A stretch of DNA of 56,535 nucleotides, filler included, from Sphacelaria rigidula (taxonomy: Eukaryota): assembly GCA_964200075.2 (NCBI GenBank). It is 4 parts of 4 records of this genome, joined end to end, with 100 filler letters (N's around TTAATTAATTAA, not from the genome) between each part and the next. Parts side by side here need not be neighbours in the genome. Positions count along the whole stretch, not along the records: positions 14,162 to 28,221 come from CAXNAA020002481.1; positions 28,322 to 42,378 come from CAXNAA020002482.1; 2 more parts are not named here. The stretch is one strand, 5' to 3'. Position numbers and translations under genes: made by a program. Under the pieces are notes generated by a model. That model had not been told where the DNA came from, did no database searches, and saw only the letters and a program-made list of their open reading frames with translations. How positions within the stretch are numbered: the stretch's first letter is position 1; each line of letters starts with the position of its first letter. This document shows positions 23,256-36,800 of the stretch, piece after piece.

Positions 23256-25597
23256 TTATTCTTGTCCGCGTAAAGTGATGCAATCGAGCTCCTGCGCTTC
23301 TCGTGTTGAGGAGGGGGCAGGTGCTTAGCTTTCTTGAACAAAGCGTTCTTGCCCCCCGTTGGTGTCGGTGTTGACTATGTTGTTGACTGTGGTGTTGGTG
23401 ACGTGTACCCCAGCCCTTCCCTTTAATATTTTTACCGGTCGCCACGGTATGCGAAATCCAGAACATTGGTACGGAGGGAAGCAAATGCATGATGCACGGC
23501 GTATAGTGAAGTGAAATGCGAGAAGAGGAAGAGGCTTGAGGGAAAGAGCATGTGACCACGAACATGGAATGTATGTATGTATAGGTACATGTGTACTTGT
23601 GTAGATGTTTCTGTCCTCGGTGTCAATGTCCGCGACAACGTGTGATTCTCCGTTGTCTGTATCTTTTTTTTTTGTATCATGTCGTTTCGTCTTCGGTTTT
23701 GGTCAGCAAAAAATCAAAATGTGGAATTGGCGCGTCTGTCACGATGATGCCTCGTGTGCTGTACTGTACCTAAGTACCCCGTAATCAGGCAAAGGTTTTC
23801 TCGGCATGCAAAAACACGAGAAGGACTGTCGTGCTTGCTTGGTGCTGTATGACAACTCCGAGTGCACATGCGGCACAGATGACACGAAGATTTTACTTCA
23901 AATCTATTACGACTAACTGCACATCGCAGTTTGCGACAAAAGTTGGACACGTGACCTGGCTCGATCACTCTATCTATCTTCGCCCGATCTCTCCGCTCAG
24001 GGCATACGTCATGGTGGGCATGCTTGTTTTGTGTTGAGGACGGAAAGGACGCACGGACGACATTTTGTTTTGCTATTCGATTCCCGTGATCATGTCGGCG
24101 GTGAAAATGACGAACGTGTTTCTTGTTTTGCTACTTCATTTTCGGAATCGGGTGGTGCGTATACAGTAGCACGATTGCTCTCGTGAGCTAGCCCACAACG
24201 AAATCTGCAGAATGCCTCTTCAGATCGAACGTCTGGATCACGTAATACTAGGTGATGATGTCACCTCACTGTCAATCAGGACCCCTATTCATGGAAGACA
24301 AATTAATGATCACAATGACCCTAAGCAGAAGGTGCAGTATTCAGGGTATGTACGTATAGGTACATACTTCAAAGTATTTATATGAAGTACGTGCACAGTA
24401 TATACATGTGTGTGTACCCACATTTTAGGATTTACAACAGTGAATGGCGAGTACATGTAGCTCCTCCGGCATATATTCTTGAGTGAAAGGGGAATTGTGA
24501 ATGAGGGCTACATCGTATAGATAGTAGTTCTTCATGTATCTTGATACTACCCCCCAACGATGCTGACTCCGGCAAGAGCCGGGGTATGATGATGGTGTGA
24601 TGACATTTTTCTTGTGTTTAGACAAGATGTTGGATGTTTTTGTGTTCTTTCGTTTCGATAAAATGTTGATTGTTGCGCGTGTAACGCGCCCCTTTTTTTT
24701 CGAGAGTATCGCCCCGCCAGCCTCTCCACGTCTTTCGATGTGCGGACTACTTGTCCTTCTCCTGCTGTGGGTCTCACTCATGTCGGGATGCTGAGCGCGT
24801 TACCGTACAATACATATAGACTTTTTTTGTCTTTGTTGCTTTGTTGCTGCAAAAATGATCGATACCCGAATAGTGTCGTTTTTTGTTTTGGAGAGATTTG
24901 TTTCGAGGAAGGGGATATTGTTGTATATTTTTTTAAACAGTATATTGTGTTCATCTTCAAACTCTGAAATGTGGACGGCTGCACTAGAGTTGTGAGGTGA
25001 TGGCATATACAACATATTCGTACATACTTTTTTGTTCTGGAATAAAAACCAACGAAGTTTACATACATTGCTCACCCCCTCCGATCGACGCGTGGCATCA
25101 TGCGGTGTTGCGTTTTACCTCTTCTGGTGTAAGAGGCGAATCAAGTTTTCTGTTATGTCATAGCGCACTCGTGTGTATTCTTACTCGCGTGTTCAGGGGG
25201 AGGGGGCGGGGGCAAGGGGAGTCGACATGCATGCAAGAAAAGTATGCAGGGAAGTGGGAATAAGTACAACTAGGAGACACACATTTTTGACGTGATGTGA
25301 TGTGATATGTTGAATATGTTGGCTTGTGTGTGCTTTTGTTGGCGTATTTTCTTTGTCGAAGTGGAGGTGTACTGAAGTAAAATAATCCGTTCACCACTGC
25401 CGTGCCAATCCATGTCTTCTCCTTCACTACCTCCGAACGACTACTGAATGCTGTTGTCTTCACACTTTTTTTCCCCCCATCTCTGAGCAGGCGCTGCAAA
25501 TTAAGCGCATCATTCCCATGTTTACGGTTATGATGAGTCACGATTTGCGAACTTTCCTGGTATCAGTGGTAGGGGTTAACCCTTGGACAGCCAGACA

Positions 25598-26175
25598 GCG
25601 ACCCCTCGCAGGTGGACTGAGATGGAGTTTGCTACATTTGGGGTTCAGAACAGCTCTTTTCTCTCTTCAGAAAACGCCTTTTTTCACTCTCATGTGGATG
25701 TTGGGCATCTGTGTGGAGAAAAGTCCCAGAAAACCCTTGACCGCTTGATCGTACAGTTTGCTCCGTGCAATCCTACATGTGTGCTGTATGTCTCCGCTGG
25801 ATACAAAGTCAAGAAACAGCCAGCGTGCCATCGCTCTCCATTGAACACAATCATCGAGTGCATCCTCATAATATATATTGTTGAATTTTCAGTACAAAAT
25901 GGGAACCACGGCTAGACAGCGGAGTAGTCCATCTGTAGGAGAACAAAGTGACCATTTTGATCGCCGTGATTGGTCAGAATGATCAACCCGCTCCCCTCGG
26001 GCCTCGTCTCTGGCTTTTAATTTTTCGTGGGGAATTTCCCAATACACGGTTGACTTCGTGGGCTTTTCGGCTGTTCTGCGAACAGACCCCCACCCTCCCC
26101 ACCAGCTCCCTGGAAACCCCCGCATGCCTCCGGACTGTCAGCTCAACTATTCCGGGGCGACGCTCGCTGTCTCGG
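25598..26175 (+). repeat. Dispersed repeat family C, copy 2
   Basis: Colinear with 8655-9345 but lacks ~110 bp of its middle. Confidence 0.8.
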
Positions 26176-27834
26176 TGGCGGCAGAACGAGTACTGAGTCA
26201 AATGAATCTAATGGATGGGGCTCAACGCAATGCCGGAGGCTACCACCGACAGTAGTCAAGGGTGGCATTTTTCATTCACTCAATCGGGATTTTTCCGCAG
26301 ACGATTTCTTGTCACTTACTCTTGAACGTTTGAGAGCGAGTCGGGGTTGGCGAAGGAGTAGGTGATGCTCGCGGCTCACTTCATCTTGCGTCTTCGGAAA
26401 AACACGGAATTGTTTGCCGTTCATCGAGGGGGTGTCGTAGACTGTTTATGGTTCAATAACTCGTCCTCTCGGCTGTAGGGCAACCAATATCGAAAAAAGA
26501 AACGAAGCCAAATAACTGTCGGAGTATAATGATTTGGATGATTTTAGTCGAGCAAAAGTACCAAGGAGCGAGAAGCAGGGGCTGCACACTTGTAGGACCC
26601 CCGGCAACCGGTGACCCCGTCACGCATTCAAAATTGGTGGTAATCCCCCCACCCCCCCGGAAACTGTGTCGGATAGCCAATAGCCACATCTTGTGATTCT
26701 CCAAGTATTGAATCGAACAGAAACCGTGATGAGTGATAAATCGTGTTCACCGGTCAAAAATGAAAAAATCACCTTTAATCGAAAATAGTGTTCAAAACGT
26801 TGACTACAGTGCTTATATAACATTCCACACAATAAACAACGCACAGCAAGTAGATTGGGTGCTGCGTAGTGAGTACCGTGTCCCATTCCTCAAGGAAGAG
26901 CCACCCCGCGAAGCATCACCAGTCTCATTCGTCCATCACCACCACCTACATGGTCCTGTACGTGTCACTTAGCCCTACACCAAGCATCGTGTTTCAGTGG
27001 GGCCCACCCACATGTTTCACGACTACTCAAGAGGCTGGTCAGAGGTGAAAGAGCACGGGCTGAACAACACGATACCCTTGCCCACAGTCTCTAACCATCC
27101 TCAAGGTACAAGGATCACGCATTCCCCAGACGAAAGTCGTCGGCAATATCATCACCATTTCGTCTTGCTCGCCCCCAAATTTCGCCCTCAACACCACCGA
27201 CCCATACAAGAGCAGATACCTCACCTCCGCTTTGTCACCATACATCAGTCATGTACACATAGATGAGTAAAATTTGAATAGATACTGTATCCCGATCAAC
27301 CCGCCTCTACAACACGTATTTGTTTAATTGTTCCTGATCCCCCCATCCTCCCGAATTCCACAGCACCGTCATGATCATGACAGCAAACAAGCATACCGTG
27401 TACACGAGAAAAAAACGCCATCGTAGATGACAATAATCAATTTTTAACTGCGCACGAGGAAGTAAACAGAAGATTCCATAACACACCGAAATACGCAAAC
27501 AGCAAACAGCAAACGTCACACCGGACACCACAAACACAAAACACACACACCACGACACAACGTACGCTGCTCGTCCATTCACGTTCCCCTCGTTCTCCGA
27601 GGGGCCGCAACGCCACCCGCAAAAAACCACTCCAATATGCAAAGTTTTTCCTAACTAACGCGAGTGTTCCAGCAACTTTGGTGGAAGAAAACATGGAACG
27701 AGTTTCAGGTAGGTACAGTAAATCAGATTCTCTCAAAAAAGATATTTACTGCAGCAAAAACGTCCAGTATGCCAGGGCATCCATGGCGTTCTTACCATCT
27801 GAGAATCGACGGCTGACCAGCCCTACTCAGGTCT

Positions 27835-30800
27835 TCAAGCGAACATGTACCTTAACAAATTGGATGCTGAGACTGTCGGCGAGAGAAAAAGGGCTACGAT
27901 AGTAGCAGCTGTGATTGCTTTTCATTCAAAAATTGGCGAGCGACTGTGACGAGCGCAACGCAGTAAAATACGGATCTGTTTTGCATATAATGTCACACGC
28001 CAAAAGCAACAATTGGTACAAGTGCGCCGCGAACTGTTCGAGTATAAACCATGAACCCTTGCCTTCGTGTGATAAAAAAACAAGTGGTCGTGGGGGAGGG
28101 GAAGGGGAAGGGGAAGGGGAAGGACGATGGGGGGGGGGGGGGGGGGGGGGAAGGAAAAAAAAAACTTTGAAAAAAAAAACGGCCCCAACCCCCCGAGGGA
28201 AAAGAACCCGGCCCCCAATCCNNNNNNNNNNNNNNNNNNNNNNNNNNNNNNNNNNNNNNNNNNNNTTAATTAATTAANNNNNNNNNNNNNNNNNNNNNNN
28301 NNNNNNNNNNNNNNNNNNNNNATTCCCATGTGTATTTCGCCGGTCACCCGGGTGGCTCAGTTGGTAACTTCGAAACCCCCTGACGGTTGGGTCGTGCGTG
28401 GCTTCGAATCTCGGTGAAGTCACACGATCTGTTTTTTTTTTCTCACACCATGCCCAACAGTGTAGAGAGACCATGTCATGGGTTTACAAAAAATCGCCTT
28501 CATGGTAGACAAGGGAAAGGGATCGCTGAATCCCTCTCGCGAAAAAAAAGAAGGCAAGCACCGCAAAAGGAAGGTGAAGTTCTAAAACAAATGAAAAAAG
28601 GAAAAATTTCTGGGTTGATCTTCCTTTTGTGTAACCCCGGCTGATGCCCCCACGTGTACCGAAAGGTGTAGACTGGCGTTCAGAATAGATAGGATGACAA
28701 CACACACGCACACACACACGCACACACCTCCCCAGCGAAAGCCCGTGTTGGGGAATTATAATCTAAAGCACTGTTCATGCTGTCCGTGTCCATCCATGTC
28801 GTCAATGGATCGCTTTGCTCCGCAGGGATGCAATATTTGATATCCCACACACACGCACACGCTCACAAACCGGACCACTCCGTCGCGGTGTTATACCCCA
28901 ACAACGCTCTGCAATGGTGGAATCCGTAAATATCCCAATACATATTTCGGATTTGGGTGGCCACAAGGAGGTATACCCTTCCGTTTTCAGTCGCTGCAAG
29001 CTGCAGCGATTAGAAGTTTTGTCCGCGGCGAAATAAGATGCGGAGATGACCCAATTTGGGTCGTCTTGTCCAAAAACACGAAGCAATGCGTCTTCTTTAC
29101 ACGTGTGCCTCATGAAATCTGAAGAAAACAAGCAGTATGGTCCATAGCACAGCTGCAAAGTTGGAGACAACCAATAGAGCTATTCTGACCCCTAAACTGC
29201 ACCCGACAACGACAAGGTATACGTATTCGTTTCTAAAACTTTCCTACATCACCTGTTCGTGCCAAAATATGCTAATTGTAGCCATTTCTGAAACTTCTTA
29301 TGACCACTTATATTCAGTACCCGTTTGTCCACCAAAAAGGTGTACCCTCGACTGTGTGTGTGTATGTGTGTGTGTGTTGTGTGTTGTTGTCCCATATATT
29401 CTGGACGCCAGTTTACACCTTTCTAATGTGTGGGCGCACCAGCCGAGGTCACACAGGAGGAAGGTCAACACAGGAGCTTCTTTTTTACTTGTTTTTAGTA
29501 CCCCACCTTCGTTTTGCGGTGCTTGCCTTTTTATTTTTTATCGTGAGAGGGGTTCAGCAGTCCCATTATCTCGTCGACGGTTAAGTCAAACTTTGTGTAC
29601 CCACGACATAGTCGCTCTCCACTGTTGGGCATGGTGTGAGAAAAAATCCTAGATCGCTCCGAGAATTGAACCCACCACCCAACCGTCAGAGGTTTTCGAG
29701 GTTACCAACTGAGTCACCGGGGCGAGCACTGTATCTGCATTCGTAAGAAACTCGCTGACCACTTTACCCTTGAGCGGCCAAAAGCAAGGCTTACCTTTTT
29801 CGAGCCACTATCCATTGCCTTCATGATGAGAAAACATTTGGAATTGAGAGCGGATCTTCTACAAATATTTTTCAGCGAGCTTTCAAATGACGCCATTCTT
29901 TTCGAAACTTCATGGGTTTCGACCTCCAAAAATGACGTTTGTCATAATGCGGAGGGACGCAAAAATTCAGCTGCTTATATTTCGCGACAAGTGCATGCAA
30001 GATCATGAGTACACCCCTCCCTCACATACACACACATCAGCTTTCGAACGGTATCTAGCATTGGCGAAAAAGAAACCACACGTGGGAATTCTCAGCTGCT
30101 CGTTGTGCTCGGTTTTCTTCACTTCAATTAACTTGTAGATTATGCCTCCGCGAACTAACCATTTTTTTTTTTTGGGGGGGGGGGTATCGTAGAAAGACTC
30201 GTTCAAGTTCTGACAAGTACAAGCCATTATTACCACTACTTCTCCCAGAGAGTGTCTCCCACGCAACTAGGACGAACAGCAGGAGGAGGTAACACAGCAA
30301 CGACGTTCCCTGCAACCGAATAGCAAATCTGGAGTGCGCCGCGCACTCTGATCGGTCATCCAGGCGCTTTCATCGTTTCACATTACCCTGGGACACCAAA
30401 TAGTGTAGTACCTCTTAATAGTGGTCGTCACCGTTGGTGTCCATTTGGTACAACCATCATGAGACTCGAAATCTAGTCCGATTTTGGCTGGAAATTGGTG
30501 GGCGTGTAGCTCACATCAAACCGAGAACATCGACACCCGTTTCGGCTGCTAACTTACCACCGTTCGAAAGTTACGACAAAATCAAAAACAAAAAATACGC
30601 AAAAAATCTACAAAAAAAACATGAGATTTCCGCGCCCTTGGGAATCCATGCATCTTGGATTGTTCGCTTAAACTGAAATTTCGAGGGTAGATACAAATCG
30701 ACAATTCGTAGGCCATCATTAGGGTGATCTATTCCTTCTTTTCAACTTTCAAAACAAGGGGCGGATCTATCGTTCATAAACTCATCTAAAAATGGACGGA

Positions 30801-33800
30801 CCCAACCCGACCAAAAAGAAAACAAAGAAAAGGGGGGAAATTTTGGAATGCTCTGGGTTTCAATGAAGTTCGGCAGTAGTGCATTTTTGACATGTGTACC
30901 TCTTTTTTTTTTTCTTGTGCTGAACATTTCTCATCTGCAGTACATAATACAGCAAGGGCGCGCATCATTTCCAGACAAGTGCTCGTTTTCAAACCTGCTT
31001 TTGACTTGACATCAACACCGAGCCAACTCTCGGCTGTCGGGGTTTCATCCGGGTCAAGCGGACCGACAGACCGCAGTTTCTCCATGTCCTCTTCTGTATG
31101 GTAGTCCCCCACTTTCTCGAAACTCTGTCCCAAAGAGGACCCATCTATCTCCATCTCCATCGCGGCCTGTGGCACGTGTAGAAAGGAATGCAACAAGGGA
31201 AGTCGGTCATGTTCTTCGCGGTTGCAGACCGCGCGAAAGTACACACCGAAAAAAACACTATTTCAATCATAAAGCTTAATGGTTAGCATGCTCGAGTGAC
31301 GGGCTTTCCCCGAACTTTGACGAAAGTGAATACCACCGCATAATACCCTACATCATAGCTTGCAGCAAATCTACTGAAAGTTGTAAACACGTACACGCGC
31401 ACATCAGGTAAGCTGATATTTGAGAGAGGATACACCTCGCACCGAGCAGCAACAAAAAAAAGAGACATTGAGAATGCCCCTTGCCACATTTCGCGTACTT
31501 GTACGAGCTGGGCCAGCTGACAGTAAATGTTGAATGAAGAAAGGAGATGCGATTGGCAATCCGAAGAGTTGGGCGCTGAAATTTTGACACGACATTTTTA
31601 TCGTCAACTTGCGCAACCCTATTCTTGGAATAGGGGGAAAAAAAAAACAGGAAGCAAGAGCGAGTTGAAATTTCAGCAAAAACAGGGAAAAGGATATCAT
31701 ATAACTTCTTCAAAAATCAATGAAAACGAAAACACTCCAACACATACGGGCACTCGCGTCAACGACATCCTGATGAAGTTTCAGCCAAGAATACCTCAAA
31801 TTGGGCGCCGCATCGCCCTTTTCGTGTGACACGGCCGCGCCCGTTTAATTCAAGTGATACAGGAGACTCCAATTATGGAGGTCATGAGTTCGAATCCCGA
31901 CATTTTCTCTTTTTTTGTCTGTCGTTAAGGTCATATACTATGCAATACTTTTTTTTTTTCTTTTTTTTAATCAATCAGCGGCGGTGCCGTGTGTTACAGG
32001 CTGATCTGCACTTTACAGCGATATACTCAAGTCGCGCTGATTTGGAAAACTTTAGAAGTTGCGGCGTGGAAAGCGAATGCGGGATTTACTGCTGGCCCAG
32101 CTCGTACAGCATTTGTGAAGACCACGCTGAGCCGCTCTTCGCCACCATGAACTTCACTTACGCAACCGCACAAGAATCTACCATAGCTCGGGCGATAGCG
32201 TACCGCTCACCATATACTCCTTCAGGAAACTGGCAGGCCCGGAAGGCTGGCCCTGCGGCACACCCGCCTCATCTTTCTTGACTTGTCGTGTGCTAAATTC
32301 TTCAGTGGTTTCCGGTTCATCGTCGCTATCCGGTTCTCCGTCCTCGACGAGTTTGAAACGAAGCTTGCTTTCGTCGTGCCCGTCGGTGTTTTGTGATCTC
32401 GCCGACCGTGTGACCGGCGCGGCCGGTTCTGGCATTCGCGAGGGCTTTTCGATGAGGTTGTCATCACTGTCGTGGTCGTCGGCTTCGTCGTTTGCTTCAT
32501 CGTCGCTTGACGGTACCAAGTTGCCATGGAAATCCTCGTTTGCCACCTCGTCTAGTGCGCTCCTGCACAAGTGCCCACCAGGCGATGCCCAATCAACAGC
32601 AGGAACAATGCCAAACAGAACATCGCAGCGTGAAGGTGCAAAAGGTCGCAGGAATGTGCCACGCGGTGGTCCGCCAATTATTTCTTCTTCGCACATCAGC
32701 AACTCGACACTGAACACTGGCACACTGCCCTCGATGTAAACAAGGAAGATCTGTTCCGTGCTCCTGACCTACCGAAGAATCCAGACACGGCCATCGATTC
32801 CACAACATAACAGTACATGTGTGCAACCCGCAAAGTTCCGCTTCAATACATATACGCCGAGCATGCCACTGTTAGAAAAGACTGAGGACATGAAAAGGGA
32901 ACGTTTTGTGCTCATCCTCGCTCACCTTAGATCCGCGCTGTTGAACAAGCTCATGAACTTGTCCACATCGAACTGTACATCCCCCACCACCACCTCCACC
33001 TCGGCCCCATCCGGTCCTGCGCTCGTATCTGCGACGAATGTGTTCATACCGGCGACAAGGTCATCCAGCTCGTTCACCGCGTCCTCGAAGCCATCTTGGC
33101 GATCACCCCCTGCACTCTTTCCCGTTCCTTCGCTTCGTGCACCGGTCCCGGCGGGAGGGGTCTCTCCGGATTGTTGTTTTGAATCGGAATCGCTGGATCC
33201 CTCATCATCCGAATCTTCAGATACGTCCGACGCAGCCTGGCCACGAATCATAAGGGACTTGCCGAATGAGCCGCATCCTTGTGGGCATATGTGGGTACGG
33301 AGCAGAACCATGTGATATGAAGCAGCCACTGGTATGTCCGAGGTTGTGCAACGAGTCCAGTTTGGGAAAAATAATCTGTGCGTTCAATTCGCCGAAATTG
33401 TTACAAATACCGCAAATCATGTGTTCCTCGTATTGTGCTTACTTATTCTCAGTAATTGTCACCACAAAAGTTGTCCGCATAGGTGGCAGGACGAAAGCTG
33501 CTGAGAACTCGCAAGCTCCCTATTTGGAAAGCGCTTTGCACTGACCTATCCAAAATGTAAATTGAAAACACGAAATGCGCAACTCTCACCTCTGCAGCAC
33601 GGTACTCTTGAAACAGCACATCCAATTCAGCCTGCGACACTTCCATCCAGTCTTCCTGCGTGCACCGACACACACGGGCGATCGAAGAGCATTGATTGAT
33701 TGTCGTACTTTAACTGACCCCCCAGGGGTCCAGCCGTGGTCTCATTATAGACGCACCCAATAAAAACGAAATTGAAACACGCTTTGGAGAAAAGAAGGAA

Positions 33801-36800
33801 ACATAATATCGAACCTAGAATGTGTCATTCGACATAACAGCACGGATCGCAGCAGCGTGCGCTACCATCATTCCCGCTCCATGTAATTCTGGCGACATCG
33901 CATGTCACCAGTGTCCTCATGTCGCACTTCATACCAGCGCACTTTGCACCATGTATGAGCAGGGCGACACGCAGCGAGTGTCCTCGAAATCGCAGGTGCC
34001 ACTAGATGCTTGTGCATGCTATCGGCTTGCACAATACTACAAACAGCACGTTCCTGCCCGGTTTCGGCCAACTTTCTAGCAAGTTGGTCACATAACTGCG
34101 ATGCTCACTCATCTCACGGACTACAAAAACAAGCAAAAAAGGGAATGTTGCTAATCCACATATGCTCGACTCTCCACGATTCCCGGGCCGCCATGCGCAT
34201 GGCCTCTCAACGGCTCTGACCTTGTCGTCTTCCTCAGTAGGGGGTTCAAAGTCCAGCTTTATCCCGCGCTCCCAGTCCTTGAGCACGTTGTCTATCGTTT
34301 CGTGGACGGCGCAATGCTGGCGCCCACCCTCAGCGATCGCAGCTCGTTCATCGTCCACTTTCAAAACGTTGTCTCGTACGAATTGCTGCCGGTGCACACA
34401 TCGACGGACAGGACGTATGTCGTACAGCATGGGTGAACAGGTGAATCGTCGAGAACCTGCGGTACTCTACCCCCGCGTGCGTGCCTCGAAGAGAAATAGC
34501 GTGCCTCTCCATCTGATATAACCAAGAACAAACACACACGCCCCGCCCGGAAGACTTCGCACACACCCGAGAACGCACACACGCGCGTCCCGCCCGGGAG
34601 ACTTTCTTGAGAGGAGCAACAGTGTGTGCCCGTGTGGACCGCAAATTTCGCCATACGGGAGTCAAGAAATCTGCGGACTACAAGTGCAATGTAGAACTGA
34701 TAGATGATTGATACATACACGGGTTCACCATACAACGGTAAGTGTACCCCTGCTACCACCATAGCTCATACGAGGGAAAAATCACCCACACAAGTCGACA
34801 AATGACAAGTAGATCATGACAACGCGATAAACTGAAATATCTTGTATATTCGTACATACGGCTGTCCTCCAAGTGTGTGCGTACGGCAGGGTGTACCTGG
34901 CTGGTGGAAACCGGATATGGAATATTCCAGCATGATAATAATGTGGAGTACCGTGCCCTCTTTTACAAGTTATCACATTTACATTGTGTTTTGGAGCCCC
35001 CCCAAGCGTGTGTAGATATGGGTGGGGGAAGAACATAGCCGACTTAACCCCCGGCGGGTAATACACCCTGGCGTAGTAGAGGTGCAAGGACAGAACCATC
35101 CCCACCTCTCTTCCCGGCGGACCATTTTTCGAAAATTGTCATGAGTTATCATCTTTATTTTAATATTGTTGCAAGAAATTGATTAACAAACACTGACAAA
35201 AAACTGAAAGTCTGGTGGGCTTTGCAGGTTCGTATATTTGCTTCTGCTCGTTACCCGCTTTGTCCCGATGACCTCAGATGCCGGTCACGCTCACGCACCT
35301 GTGTGTACAACATAATCCTGGTATTAGGGTTGACACAAATCGTCAAACTGAACGTCGTTTCATGCGATTTTTGTTGCTATGGCTGTTGATCTTTGGTTCC
35401 TGAGTTTAGCTCAATGTCTGTTCGTCTTCGCTTGTCAAGTGGGAACGTTCGGTTCTGTCTCCAGCAGTCCGAATGGTCGTCTGTGGCACTGGATCCTATG
35501 AGGTCAGCAGTATTTATTTTTGTTTGTATCGCGTCTGTGCTATTTTTTCTGGGTCCTGCTCATTTTCATTCGATTCCTTCATAAATTTATCCTGTTCTGG
35601 GTTGTTAACCTGTGACCACGGAAGGAGTCCGCACCATATGCCCAGTATGGAAGTAAAGATATTGCGCAGGTATCGGAAAGGTTTTGAACATAAAGACAAC
35701 AACAACAACAACAACAATAATAACAACAACAGCAACAAATATATGTATGTATATATATATACCATGTACATCACGGAGTTAGTTTGTTGTAAATTAAGCA
35801 TCAATGTAACACACTTCATTACAGCCACACATCTGCGGCATTTGAACGAGTGTTCAACTCTGTCGACACCCAACGAGGTACAGCTGGAAGTCGCCAGGGA
35901 CATAGCGAGCTGGTAAAGCTATTAAAATCGCCATCCCAAAGCGTCACGGACGACAGGAGGCGCCTCTGCTACAGACGACACGGTTAGCACTACGGGGGAA
36001 CGAATTTATCCTCGTTTTTCGATTGGTCTATTCAAGGTGCATGATATATCCTATTCACCGACCCACACACGAGAGCTGCCTGTGTCAGATTCAGTCGCTT
36101 CTTGCCACGGAAAGCAAACTTCGTCTTTTGTACCCTCAACCATCAAGTACGCACTCGCTGTCACCTCGGCTATCGCCATTTTCTCCCGATATCGCTGGGA
36201 CCCCTCAATTTCTTCCTCGAAGAAACCGTTCCGGTTCAGCGCGGCTACCATTCGTTTCCACTTCTCCGGCGTGACAGCGCTACGTATATCGCCCTCCGTC
36301 CGTTGCCTGTGCCTTTCAGCACTTCTCTGCGGAGTCAGATAGGGGCAACGTGGGGACATCAAAGTTGCAACTGAGGGGGTGTAGCGCACTAATAACTGAG
36401 CGCAAAACGTCACCACTGGAGTACAAGAAACAACGGGATGAGCACATGAGCACATGAGCACATGAGCACATGCCTGCGTTTCGAGATCAGCAGCGCTTGA
36501 ACAACCTCATACTCATACTCTGGGTGCTACAACAAATGTACTGGTCGGTCAACGTTATAGAACAAGAACGACAATCGTACGGTTAGTGAGATTTCATAGG
36601 GAGTATGCCCTTGTAGACCAGAATGAATAGATCTCTCACGATCAGAATGCACGCGCGAACACACGCACATACAGCCACAGTGGACACACACGTGTAGCAA
36701 CGTACCTGATACGCTGCTTCCAGGCCCATGGAAATTTTTTGCCCAAGCTGTGCGGCTTTAACGTAAGCTGCCGGCGAAAGGTTACCTGCGCCTACCCTGC

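Noticed and set aside
26453..26704. AGGPTS segment as a candidate ECD final exon
   Set aside because: Spacing and flanking residues do not fit; the 27866-27835 exon matches better.
28342..28425. tRNA-like sequence with A/B boxes (also ~29650-29725)
   Set aside because: No proper cloverleaf; it continues into a shared body and CA tail, so it is a SINE head rather than a tRNA gene.
32278..33315. 153-aa and 185-aa Ser-rich + ORFs
   Set aside because: Antisense to acidic ECD exons.
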